Assembly (NCBI RefSeq): GCF_011421635.1 | Contig: NZ_WTLI01000013.1 | Coordinates: 31,006 to 95,005 of the forward strand | Origin: Paenibacillus turpanensis | Lineage (GTDB): Bacteria; Bacillota; Bacilli; Paenibacillales; YIM-B00363 | Length of the DNA: 64,000 nucleotides | Direction of reading: 5' to 3' | Part shown: piece by piece, positions 55,620-64,000 of the stretch | How the letters are laid out: each line of letters begins with the position of its first letter | Position numbering within the stretch: position 1 is the stretch's first letter | Notes under the pieces: generated by a model | Database searches by the model: none | Seen by the model: only the letters and a program-made list of their open reading frames with translations | What the model was told of the DNA's origin: nothing | Position numbers and translations under genes: made by a program

Positions 55620-58600
55620 TTATTCCTTGATCTGATCAATCAAGAACCCAAGGTCAGACAGCAAATGCTGCGCAAACGTTTGATCAATATGCTTCCCGCT
55701 TTGGGCGGTAACTTCGTGTTCCAACGCAATGAGGGCATTTCTGGCCTGCTCTTCGCGATTGGCGTTTTGCACCTGCTTCACCTTCGCCCGCAAGCTATTG
55801 TATACGCCGTGATTCGAGATCCATCCGTTGTCGGAGGCCATTTGCAGCGCCTTATCCAGGTGAGCGCGGTCCATCGTTACATGCAGCACCGACTCGTAAA
55901 CCGTAACGTTTCCGGCATGGTCTTGAGCGGTAATGACAATGCGATGATCACCTATCGATAACGTGTACGGATTCACGGTCAGCGGCAGCTCTGCGGCTCC
56001 CCCATTTAATGAGGCCTCCACCTTCGCAACACCACTTAACGAATCCGTGATTTGGAATGGCAGGGACAGAGAGTCCGAACGGTAAACCGTTGTGGTCACG
56101 GTTGGCACCACATTGGGTCCAGTAACATCCACCTGAATCTCAATCTGTTGGATGGACTCTTCATTTCCTGCCGCGTCCACACTGTAATAGCGGAGGGTAT
56201 GGAGTCCTTCTTCATGAATCGTCACTTCATTTCCAGAAACAAACGGTTCATCGTTTACACTATAGTAGGTGGCGCCAACCACTCCTTCGGCATCGACAGC
56301 TGTTAGTATAATAACCTGCGCTGCATTCTGCCAACCGGTTTTCGCGTTTGTGGTCGTTACAGGAGGAGTAACGTCCTTGGGTGTTTCCAGCGTTTTTACC
56401 TTCACGACATTGGACGCTTCCGATTCGCCGCTGGCGTTTTGCGCTTTAATATAGTAAGTGTATTCGATTCCCGGTTCTACGGAACGATCATAGAAGGTAT
56501 CCACCTTGGCGTATCCTACCATCACGACCGGGCTGCCTTCCGACTCCCGATAAATATTGTACTGAGCGGCACCGCCATGCGAAGTCCAAAGCAGTCCGAC
56601 AAAGTCTTCCCCTTTAGCTCCTACCGTCAGATTGGACGGCGTAGCAGGCAGCGGCATCGCCAAGGCAAGCTCATCAGACGGTACCGACTCGCCCATCTCG
56701 TTGGCGGCTGTAACGCGGTAGCTGTAGCCATTCCGACTCACGCTTACGCTATCGTCTACGTAGGAAGGTGCTGTAGCGCTGCCCACTCGCACAAAGTCAT
56801 TTGCGCTTTCATTGGCCGCTCTTCGATAAATATTGTAGGATTCCGCTGCTTCAACCGGATTCCAATGGAATGAAAAATTCGATGTGGTTACTTCATCCGC
56901 TGTTAAGCCTGCAGGCTTTTGCGGGATCGCCACCGGCGGCTTGGTTGTAGCACTGACCGTGTCAGACATTGCCGTTTCACCGCCAATTCCAGTCGCCGTA
57001 ATTCGGTAATAATAGGCTGTCGCTGGGGTAACGGTAAGATCGTTATAGTCTGCATATAAAGAGTGGGCAATTTTCGTAAAAGGACCATCCTGCGACGGTG
57101 CCCGGTAAATGCTATAGTACATCGCACCTTCGACAGGTCCCCACTCGAGTCCGACGGAAATACTGTTAACGGATGTAACGGATACTTTAGCCGGTACGCT
57201 AGGCTTCGACTGTGAAGGGTCAAACGTAGACACCGAGACTGATGTAGAATGCGGTGATTCCCCTCCGGCGTTGACAGCGGATACCTTATAATCATAGACC
57301 ATTCCCTGCTCTGCACCCGTGTCCGTATATCCTTCCGTCCCTGCACTTGCAATCACGCGGAACCGGTGATCCAGCATGGAGGCGCGATAAACCAAGTACC
57401 GTTCTGCACCATCAACGGCAGACCATTGCAAAGCTACGACATTATCCTCTGTTTGCGCAGCTGTCACCTCAGCCGGGCCCGCTGCAGGAGGAGCCGCTTC
57501 TGGACTTGCAGGCTTCACAATAACAAAGTAATTCATCCGAGAGGTGCTGCCATTCGGACCCATCTGAACGAAAGATCCCGCAGCGAAATTCTTCTTATAA
57601 AGCTTAAACTGAACCGGCTGGCTGTCCTCGATGACCAAACCGGTGTCCTCATACGCCCTAAGCCATGCAGGCAGCGTCGTGATCCGTGAATCATGCCCCA
57701 CATACACTTCAGTATCCGCCGTTATATAGAAGGAGACCAAGTCGTCGGTCGAGGAACTTCTCGAGCCCACGGCCGAACGAATCCATTCCATCCCCTTTAC
57801 TTCATCAGGTACGGTGACAAATCGATAGCCATTGCTTCCGGTCATGCGATCCCCGGCGACAAAGTCTCCCGGCTGAAGATTTTGCTGAATCGAATAATTC
57901 GCCGCGTTCGTACTGCCGCTTCCGCTGTTATCGTGAATCACTACATTACGCAGGAGCTCCCCATCCAAAATCGGCGCCGGCGTAGGGTCTGGTTCCGGTT
58001 CCGGTGTCGGCTGCACCGGTGGAATGAAAGGAGATCCCGCCCATGGCAGCGGCGACATCGGATAGATCGCTGGAAATCCGGGTGCGGCCAGCTCATTTAA
58101 GTAGTCCTCCAAATGCGTGTACCCGTCGCCATTGCTGTCGCCGTTCCGGTCCTCCGGATTGGAAGGGTCCAGCCCCTTCGCCGTTTCCCACGCATCCGGC
58201 ATTCCGTCCCGGTCGCTGTCTGCTGCAGCAGTTCCCTTCGGCAGCTGCGGAAATCCTCCCGCATCGTCCTCGTGACCGATGATGACACCCGTTTGATAAC
58301 GAACACTATCCGTTACGCGCTGATCGACGGCGTCCCGATATAAAGAAGCGCCCGCGTAATCCAGCACATACTCATAAGCGGCTTCCGGCTCCTGGGTATG
58401 TACCGGCGGATATTCAAAGCGCTCCGGTACAATCAGGCTGGGACGCTCGGCTTCCATCATCCCGATTCCCGTATCGCTGCCGTCCAGCACACCGTTTTTA
58501 TTGCTGTCGATCCGGTTGTTATCCAAGTAGAGGCTGTAATTTTCATTCCCGCGGACAACGGCATATTGAGGGTCGGCCGAGTTTAATCCCGCAACAAAAT

Positions 58601-59408
58601 AGTTGCCGACCACGTTTCCGTAGCCCTTCGTTCCAGATTCTCCCCCTGCCACATAAGGGTAACCGCCCCAGTTGTAAACGATATTGTTGACAAAATCGAT
58701 CTGGCCCTTGGTCTTCGGGTTACGGTCATTGTTATGGGCATACAAATTGTGATGCATTGTGATCGTGTTCATCTCAATTAAGCCGCCCATCGAGTGCGTG
58801 AGCAGTCCTTCCGAAATGATCGACCATTGTACGGTAATGTTTTTGGATTTCGGGTCTTCGTAGTTCTTACTTTTAATGGACAAGACTTCATCGGTGCCCC
58901 ATGAAAAAGAGGAATGGTCTATGATTACATTTTGGCAGTCTTCAAAATACATCGTATCGTCCTGGAACGACTGCCTTCCCAAACGGAAGGTCATGTACCG
59001 GATGATGATGTCGCTGCAATTAATAAAACGGATGTTATTCCCGCGGATCGTTACTCCGCCGCCAGGCGCCGTTTGCCCTGCAATCGTAATCTTTGACTTA
59101 TTGCGAAGCACAATCTGTGGAATGGTAATCTCACCGGAAATATCAAAGACGATCGTACGAGGTGTGGAGCCGGCTGTTGTAAGCGCGTCGTGGAAGGTTC
59201 CCGGACCCTTAAGCTCATAGCTTGTGACATGATATACCTCTCCCCCTCGTCCGCCTACGGCGGCATAACCGAACCCTTCGGCTCCCGGAAACGCAGGCAG
59301 CGCATCATAGCCCGCTTTTACGGTAGAAACCGGCAGCTGGAACAAGGACAAAACCATCACAACAGACAAAAGGAACGTCAACAGCTTCTTCAAACGCTGC
59401 ACCTCCAC
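55620..59408 (-). CDS. Large secreted multidomain pectate lyase (PL1-like right-handed beta-helix) with four fibronectin type III repeats and C-terminal Ig-like domains
   Basis: Signal peptide. ...LPAFPGAEGFGYAAVGGRGGEVYHVT... pectate-lyase signature. Repeated LQWSAVDGAERYLVYRA / LEWGPVEGAMYYSIYRA FN3 motifs. Confidence 0.85.
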   Translation of the reverse strand: MEVQRLKKLLTFLLSVVMVLSLFQLPVSTVKAGYDALPAFPGAEGFGYAAVGGRGGEVYHVTSYELKGPGTFHDALTTAGSTPRTIVFDISGEITIPQIVLRNKSKITIAGQTAPGGGVTIRGNNIRFINCSDIIIRYMTFRLGRQSFQDDTMYFEDCQNVIIDHSSFSWGTDEVLSIKSKNYEDPKSKNITVQWSIISEGLLTHSMGGLIEMNTITMHHNLYAHNNDRNPKTKGQIDFVNNIVYNWGGYPYVAGGESGTKGYGNVVGNYFVAGLNSADPQYAVVRGNENYSLYLDNNRIDSNKNGVLDGSDTGIGMMEAERPSLIVPERFEYPPVHTQEPEAAYEYVLDYAGASLYRDAVDQRVTDSVRYQTGVIIGHEDDAGGFPQLPKGTAAADSDRDGMPDAWETAKGLDPSNPEDRNGDSNGDGYTHLEDYLNELAAPGFPAIYPMSPLPWAGSPFIPPVQPTPEPEPDPTPAPILDGELLRNVVIHDNSGSGSTNAANYSIQQNLQPGDFVAGDRMTGSNGYRFVTVPDEVKGMEWIRSAVGSRSSSTDDLVSFYITADTEVYVGHDSRITTLPAWLRAYEDTGLVIEDSQPVQFKLYKKNFAAGSFVQMGPNGSTSRMNYFVIVKPASPEAAPPAAGPAEVTAAQTEDNVVALQWSAVDGAERYLVYRASMLDHRFRVIASAGTEGYTDTGAEQGMVYDYKVSAVNAGGESPHSTSVSVSTFDPSQSKPSVPAKVSVTSVNSISVGLEWGPVEGAMYYSIYRAPSQDGPFTKIAHSLYADYNDLTVTPATAYYYRITATGIGGETAMSDTVSATTKPPVAIPQKPAGLTADEVTTSNFSFHWNPVEAAESYNIYRRAANESANDFVRVGSATAPSYVDDSVSVSRNGYSYRVTAANEMGESVPSDELALAMPLPATPSNLTVGAKGEDFVGLLWTSHGGAAQYNIYRESEGSPVVMVGYAKVDTFYDRSVEPGIEYTYYIKAQNASGESEASNVVKVKTLETPKDVTPPVTTTNAKTGWQNAAQVIILTAVDAEGVVGATYYSVNDEPFVSGNEVTIHEEGLHTLRYYSVDAAGNEESIQQIEIQVDVTGPNVVPTVTTTVYRSDSLSLPFQITDSLSGVAKVEASLNGGAAELPLTVNPYTLSIGDHRIVITAQDHAGNVTVYESVLHVTMDRAHLDKALQMASDNGWISNHGVYNSLRAKVKQVQNANREEQARNALIALEHEVTAQSGKHIDQTFAQHLLSDLGFLIDQIKE

Positions 59409-59705
59409 AAATCTAAATTTTTCAACCCTTCAAACTGCACGGCAAGCAACGAAAACCGTAAACGCTTTCAAAACCTCGGGTACCAAACGCCCCTCTCCTT
59501 GATCTCCTCAATCACCTCCTTTGTTCGATGTTACCGCCATCTTACTCCCGCTGGAACTCACTGGCAATCAATCGATCCTACACACAATGTGCAAAAATTG
59601 GATGCGGATACTAACGCGCTGTGCACAAAAACTGTGCTTAAAAATCACATATTTGTTGATGTCCTGTAACAATTGTGCCCCGGCCTTGCCCTCCTAGCAA
59701 AAAAA

Positions 59706-59730
59706 GCCAACCGGCTTCGGTTGACTGCGA
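59706..59730 (-). terminator. Terminator-like hairpin with T7 tail (minus strand)
   Basis: caaccggcttcggttg followed on the minus strand by TTTTTTT. Probably the ancestral terminator of the AraC gene, before the insertion. Confidence 0.4.
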
Positions 59731-59748
59731 GCATAATTTAATGGGGTC

Positions 59749-59801
59749 AAAAATTCGGTACATGCTTATCGTAACATGGTAGTGGAGCTCCCTTGCCGAA
59801 A
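59749..59801. repeat. 53-bp direct repeat, copy 1 (duplicate of the 3' end of the AraC regulator gene)
   Basis: aaaattcggTacatgcttatcgtaacatggtagtggagctcccttgccgaaac. 52/53 identical to 60723-60775. Confidence 0.85.
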
Positions 59802-59904
59802 CTCTTGATTCCGGACTACCAACCGGTTTTTACCACTAACATAAATGGTCAGAAAGAACTTGTTTTCAAAAAAGGGATATGAAGACGCAGAGAAGATGGT
59901 GACT

Positions 59905-59945
59905 AGATAATAAAAAATAAATAGACGTCGTCCATATAGACGACG
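59905..59945 (-). terminator. Terminator of the PPC-domain gene
   Basis: agacgtcgtc-catata-gacgacgtct perfect 10-bp stem. Minus-strand reading is followed by an A/T-rich T tract. Confidence 0.5.
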
Positions 59946-59958
59946 TCTTGAGAAAGAT

Positions 59959-60435
59959 TTAGTTTACAGCTAATTGATAATAAAATTGATTGACATCGCT
60001 ATTTTCGCTATAGGGTGAAACATGCAACTTATATTTCGTATTAGGTGACAATTGGATTCTTACTTGTGTCAAAGTTTCATTATCAATGAGCCACTCTTTT
60101 GAAACATAGCCACCGTTTTCTGTAGTAATTGAAAGTGAGTATCTTACACCACCATATGGATTTACTAGTGTAATTAGAGCAGTATCACTAGGGAAGTTTT
60201 GTGGAATCTCAAGTAAATACCAATCATGGTCGGAAGTACTGCTAAGAGTACCCAATTTATTAAGACCAAAAGGATTTGTGCTTACAGAACCAGCTGTATA
60301 TAACTCTGGAGTGTAATAACTGTTATTCTGAATGTCGTTTTGTTCATAGATATTGCTATTAGCGAAGGCACTTTGTGATCCAAAAGTTAATGATGCTACT
60401 GCTGTTAAAATAACTGCGATTTTTTTGATTTTCAT
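59959..60435 (-). CDS. Small secreted protein with pre-peptidase C-terminal (PPC)-like domain, in an AT-rich insert
   Basis: Signal peptide MKIKKIAVILTAVASLTFGSQSAFA. ...SDHDWYLLEIP...TKYKLHVSPYS resembles PPC/collagenase-type beta-sandwich domains. Local GC is well below its surroundings. Confidence 0.55.
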   Translation of the reverse strand: MKIKKIAVILTAVASLTFGSQSAFANSNIYEQNDIQNNSYYTPELYTAGSVSTNPFGLNKLGTLSSTSDHDWYLLEIPQNFPSDTALITLVNPYGGVRYSLSITTENGGYVSKEWLIDNETLTQVRIQLSPNTKYKLHVSPYSENSDVNQFYYQLAVN

Positions 60436-60722
60436 AGCTTCTCCTCCTAGAATAAAATGGAACGGCTGGCCAACCTATCCATGTAATATATTACCATAGT
60501 AAATGTAAATATCAACCATTAATTGTAAACTACAATATTTAATATAATTTCCCCCAATGTATAAAATATAATAATTACCAATCTTACCCTAAAACACTAA
60601 TAACCGTTTATTCGTCATCATGAACATTCTTCCGTGTAATTGATAGATTTGGACAAATTCCATTCAGAGTTATCGCAAGCTATAAAACGTATAGCTCTGG
60701 CCCCCTCCTTAGCCCAAAACTC

Positions 60723-60775
60723 AAAATTCGGCACATGCTTATCGTAACATGGTAGTGGAGCTCCCTTGCCGAAAC
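60723..60775. repeat. 53-bp direct repeat, copy 2 (overlaps the last 13 codons of the AraC regulator gene)
   Basis: aaaattcggCacatgcttatcgtaacatggtagtggagctcccttgccgaaac. Confidence 0.85.
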
Positions 60776-63051
60776 GCATCCGATTTCATTGGAGTTGAAC
60801 GATATTCACCGGGAGTCATTCCCGTCAGCTGCTTGAATCGCCGAATAAAGCTGGAAACATTATAATAACCCACCTCCTCCGATACGGTCTTTAGTGGCAA
60901 TTGGGTGGTAATCAAAAGCTGCTTCGCTTTCTCCATCCGTAAAGTGGTTGTGTATTCCAGTAAGGTCTGCCCCGTTCGTTCCTTGAAAAATTGCCCAAGG
61001 TTGGGCAGAGCCATGCCGAAACGTTCGGACATGGCCTGCAATGAGAACTCGCAGCTGTCGTAATTGGTTTCAATATAGCCAAGCATAGCTTGGATTGAAC
61101 GTACATCCGATGCATCTTCGACTTTATCCAAAGCAGGTTGACGATTTGCAATGGCATTGTATAAGTCCGAGCTGACTTCCTTCATCAGATACTCAAATTC
61201 ATCAATGGTCTCCATTTGCTCAAGAGAGAAAATGTCAGGGTAACGATCCGACACTTTGTCATGCAAGCCGGCCTCTCTCCAAACCCCGTTCATGATACGA
61301 ATCATTTCAAAACAAAGACCTCGAGTGATGAGAAGAGGAGGCTGCTTTTCCTTAATGAACAAAATGAGTAAAGAAACGCTCTCTTGAATGCTCTCTTTGC
61401 TCCCCGCTTGAATCGCCCTTTTTAAGTCTTCGACCCCGGAAACCGGATAATCGTCCACTCCATTCGGCCGCAGAGGGATACGGTCAAAATAGATCACTCG
61501 ATTGATCCCTTGGATAAAACGATAGCCTATCGCCGTTTGCGCCTCGAGATAAGATTGAGGAGCATTCCCCAAGCGAGTGGGAGCCCCTACACCGATCGTT
61601 ACGGATGCTTTCACGGATTGGCTTATAGCCTGGTGAAATGCTTGAAGTCCTACATCTGCTTCCTCCATGAACTCCATTTCCGTAAATATCACAAACACAT
61701 ACCGGTTACTTTCCATATGCTCAATTCCGTAGGCCAGACATGACGATGTGAAACGTTGTTCCATCTCTTCGATTCTCGGATGCTGGTTCAGATGCAAGTG
61801 GGACGGAAACTCAACAATTGCTACACGTACATAAGGATAAATAGGGATTGCCAACCCGATTTCCCCGCCATACTGAATCATCCCATCTAAATCTCGAATC
61901 TCTCCCTTTAGCAACGAGAGCATCAATTGCCTTTTGGCTGCCGAGGCCTGATTTTTCACCCGCTCATCCAGCTCTTGGTTTCGGATCGCCAAGCGGGTTA
62001 ATACCTCCCTGACCGTATCCAGCTCGTTCAGAATCTTCCCCTTTGGGAATAAAACCTGGATGCTGTCATTCCGCAGCCGATGGATGGGCTTATAATTGAA
62101 AAGCATGCTAAAGTAAATGATCGCTCCACCAAATATCAATAATAAAACAACGCCTATGGTGAACCATTTTTGCGCAAGCTCGACCTTATGTAAGACGAGA
62201 TGGACGGGCTGTAAAGAAACATACTTCCAACCCGTTTGTTCCGATTCCACGAAAAACATGTAATAGGGTTTCCCCTCAATATCGAGCTTCTGATATTCCA
62301 AGGAAGGTTGATGTGCCACTAATTCCGCTATGGATTGCTTAGTAGGACCATCCCTTGTCTCGATGCCGGTTACGAGCTGGTTGTTTTGATCAAAAATCCA
62401 AGTCGACCTCTCTGCCTCCGTGGAATCATAAGAGGACATCAAACGATGAATTGCTTCTTCCTTGATCAGATAAACAAGTGTTCCGTAGGATTCCTTCTGA
62501 TTCGGAAATAGAGGAACAAACATTCGAAGGTATTTCTGTCCCGATACCGCATCCTTTTGCGGAGTAAGGATTTCTGTGCGGACCGTACTATGAAGGCCCC
62601 GTTCCAACTCTGTCTCCGAAAGATCCTCGAATTTATAAATTTGATTCGCCAGAACCGGAATGGTGTAGACACCGCTGCTGGTGAAAACCGAATTTTCATT
62701 TTTATAATACAGCCAAATTTCATGAACGTATGGGGCAAGTCTTTGAAAGCGCTTAAGTTCGCGTGTAATCCCCCATGCTTTGTACCCCCATTGATTGGAG
62801 ATACGGTATGGATAAAGACTGTTATCATACAGGAGCAGCTGACGGGTCATATCCTCAATCCATAGTAGTTGGTTATCCATGGAGTAGCGGACCTTATCCA
62901 GGTTCGTAAGGTTATTGGAAATTACCTCTTCCTGCAGCTTGTTTACAAAGAGAGTATTGACGACAAGTGTTAGGACGGTAATTGGGATGAGAAGAATCAG
63001 CAAATAAGAAGCCAGGTATTTCAAAAAAAATCGGTACGCATTTGTACGCAC
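60739..63051 (-). CDS. Membrane-bound AraC-family one-component regulator (N-terminal TM plus extracytoplasmic sensor domain, second TM, C-terminal AraC HTH)
   Basis: 770 aa. TM helices at ~15-35 and ~290-312. C-terminal ...VSEEVGYYNVSSFIRRFKQLTGMTPGEYR AraC HTH. Confidence 0.8.
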   Translation of the reverse strand: MRTNAYRFFLKYLASYLLILLIPITVLTLVVNTLFVNKLQEEVISNNLTNLDKVRYSMDNQLLWIEDMTRQLLLYDNSLYPYRISNQWGYKAWGITRELKRFQRLAPYVHEIWLYYKNENSVFTSSGVYTIPVLANQIYKFEDLSETELERGLHSTVRTEILTPQKDAVSGQKYLRMFVPLFPNQKESYGTLVYLIKEEAIHRLMSSYDSTEAERSTWIFDQNNQLVTGIETRDGPTKQSIAELVAHQPSLEYQKLDIEGKPYYMFFVESEQTGWKYVSLQPVHLVLHKVELAQKWFTIGVVLLLIFGGAIIYFSMLFNYKPIHRLRNDSIQVLFPKGKILNELDTVREVLTRLAIRNQELDERVKNQASAAKRQLMLSLLKGEIRDLDGMIQYGGEIGLAIPIYPYVRVAIVEFPSHLHLNQHPRIEEMEQRFTSSCLAYGIEHMESNRYVFVIFTEMEFMEEADVGLQAFHQAISQSVKASVTIGVGAPTRLGNAPQSYLEAQTAIGYRFIQGINRVIYFDRIPLRPNGVDDYPVSGVEDLKRAIQAGSKESIQESVSLLILFIKEKQPPLLITRGLCFEMIRIMNGVWREAGLHDKVSDRYPDIFSLEQMETIDEFEYLMKEVSSDLYNAIANRQPALDKVEDASDVRSIQAMLGYIETNYDSCEFSLQAMSERFGMALPNLGQFFKERTGQTLLEYTTTLRMEKAKQLLITTQLPLKTVSEEVGYYNVSSFIRRFKQLTGMTPGEYRSTPMKSDAFRQGSSTTMLR

Positions 63052-63123
63052 ATCCTGCCCCCTTGACTCGCAAATGGATGCAGGTTGGCTACATTCGATA
63101 CGTAACCAACCTGCTTCACACGA

Positions 63124-64000
63124 TTATCTTTTTTGGTAACGGTCGTAAGCCGCCTGATATATTTCGATCGCTCTTTCAATATTCATTTTCTTCAACGTTC
63201 CTCTGTAATTCTCGAAGTTCTCTAATGATTCATTGCCCATAATGAATTTGAGCAGCATTTCTTTCATATACGTATCCGCTTCGCTCATGATTTTACTGAT
63301 TTCCTGACTCTCGTCCCCCTTAAACAAAAGCGGCGGAAGAAGAAGCGTTCGATCTGCATTGAACCAGCGCTCATTGGCTTCTGCAGCTTCGGGATATTGC
63401 AGCTCAAACGAAGCCCATGCGTCGAAATCCATCACTTTTACCATACCGGAAGTCGGATAGGCATAGCGTGAAATGGCAACCCTTGCTTCATAATTCGGGT
63501 TCTTCGTAATCTCATCGGTAAACTTCTTTTTTCCGTTTTCTACAATATAGCTTTTTCCTTCAATTCCCCAGTTTTGCAGGTCGCTGCCTTCCGGGCTGAT
63601 CATAAAATCCAGAAGCTTGACGACAGCTTCCGGGTCCTTGGCTTGCGAACTGACTACAGCGCCTTCTAATGGAACATACTGCGCCAGCTGCGCACTCGCA
63701 CTGAAGGATTTTCCAGCCGGGCCGATCGGAGGAGTGACTCCAATTAGCTTGAATTCCGGAATGCTCCCCTTCATCAGGTTCTTATAGGAGTTGATTCCTG
63801 TAATGGTCCCGCTGTACGCCCCGACCGTGTTGTTGGAAAATTTCGCCTCGAAGCCCTTCTTATCCGTTGCGGCAAATTCACTGTCGATAAGCCCCTCCTG
63901 GTACCATTTATGCATCGTTGTCAGGAAATCCTTAAAGGCAGGATCGTATGGACCGTAAGTAACCTTGCCGGTATCCGGGTGAATTTGGAAGGTGGTCAAA
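63124..64000 (-). CDS. ABC transporter extracellular solute-binding protein. C-terminal part only: the gene continues beyond the window end.
   Basis: C-terminal ...YRGTLKKMNIERAIEIYQAAYDRYQKR typical of Paenibacillus family-1 solute-binding proteins. The listed ATG at 63999 is internal. Confidence 0.75.
   Translation of the reverse strand, partial: LTTFQIHPDTGKVTYGPYDPAFKDFLTTMHKWYQEGLIDSEFAATDKKGFEAKFSNNTVGAYSGTITGINSYKNLMKGSIPEFKLIGVTPPIGPAGKSFSASAQLAQYVPLEGAVVSSQAKDPEAVVKLLDFMISPEGSDLQNWGIEGKSYIVENGKKKFTDEITKNPNYEARVAISRYAYPTSGMVKVMDFDAWASFELQYPEAAEANERWFNADRTLLLPPLLFKGDESQEISKIMSEADTYMKEMLLKFIMGNESLENFENYRGTLKKMNIERAIEIYQAAYDRYQKR

Overview
This 64 kb window looks like chromosomal DNA from a Paenibacillus-like endospore-forming Firmicute. 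That guess is an inference from GC of about 52% and gene content (SLH-domain esterase, GrpB, TmrB-like ATPase, many AraC/solute-binding-protein pairs, many GNATs). Almost every gene is on the minus strand, often with 1-4 nt start/stop overlaps. Recognisable housekeeping genes are a standalone fabF (beta-ketoacyl-ACP synthase II), DNA topoisomerase III (topB), a P1B-type heavy-metal ATPase, and MFS and ABC substrate-binding components. Two stretches (16-27 kb and 45-54 kb) are packed with small modification or detox enzymes: 8 GNAT acetyltransferases, 2 NUDIX hydrolases, 2 SAM-methyltransferases, and TmrB-like, nucleotidyltransferase and metallophosphoesterase genes. A pectin/rhamnogalacturonan utilisation set is present (CE12 acetylesterase with SLH domain, GH43, PL1 pectate lyase with FN3 repeats, solute-binding proteins, AraC regulators). 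The most unusual region is about 27-38 kb. It holds a membrane-anchored multicopper oxidase, a Gly/Met-rich membrane protein built from perfect 87-bp tandem repeats, a lipoprotein with a duplicated H-x-H-P domain, and a Met-rich cupredoxin-like lipoprotein lacking the usual Cys/His ligands. It also holds an OmpR-type two-component system heading a tightly translationally coupled operon of Met-rich small membrane proteins plus a cytochrome b561, which ends in a Family-1 encapsulin shell gene with no recognisable cargo gene. I interpret this as a candidate, undescribed copper/redox-handling system involving an orphan encapsulin. Other notable items are a 53-bp direct-repeat-flanked AT-rich insertion carrying a small secreted PPC-domain protein, a pair of identical 16-bp TetR-type operator palindromes, a degraded phosphotransferase gene remnant, and a holin-like type-I toxin-sized peptide gene. 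No rRNA, tRNA or CRISPR arrays were seen.
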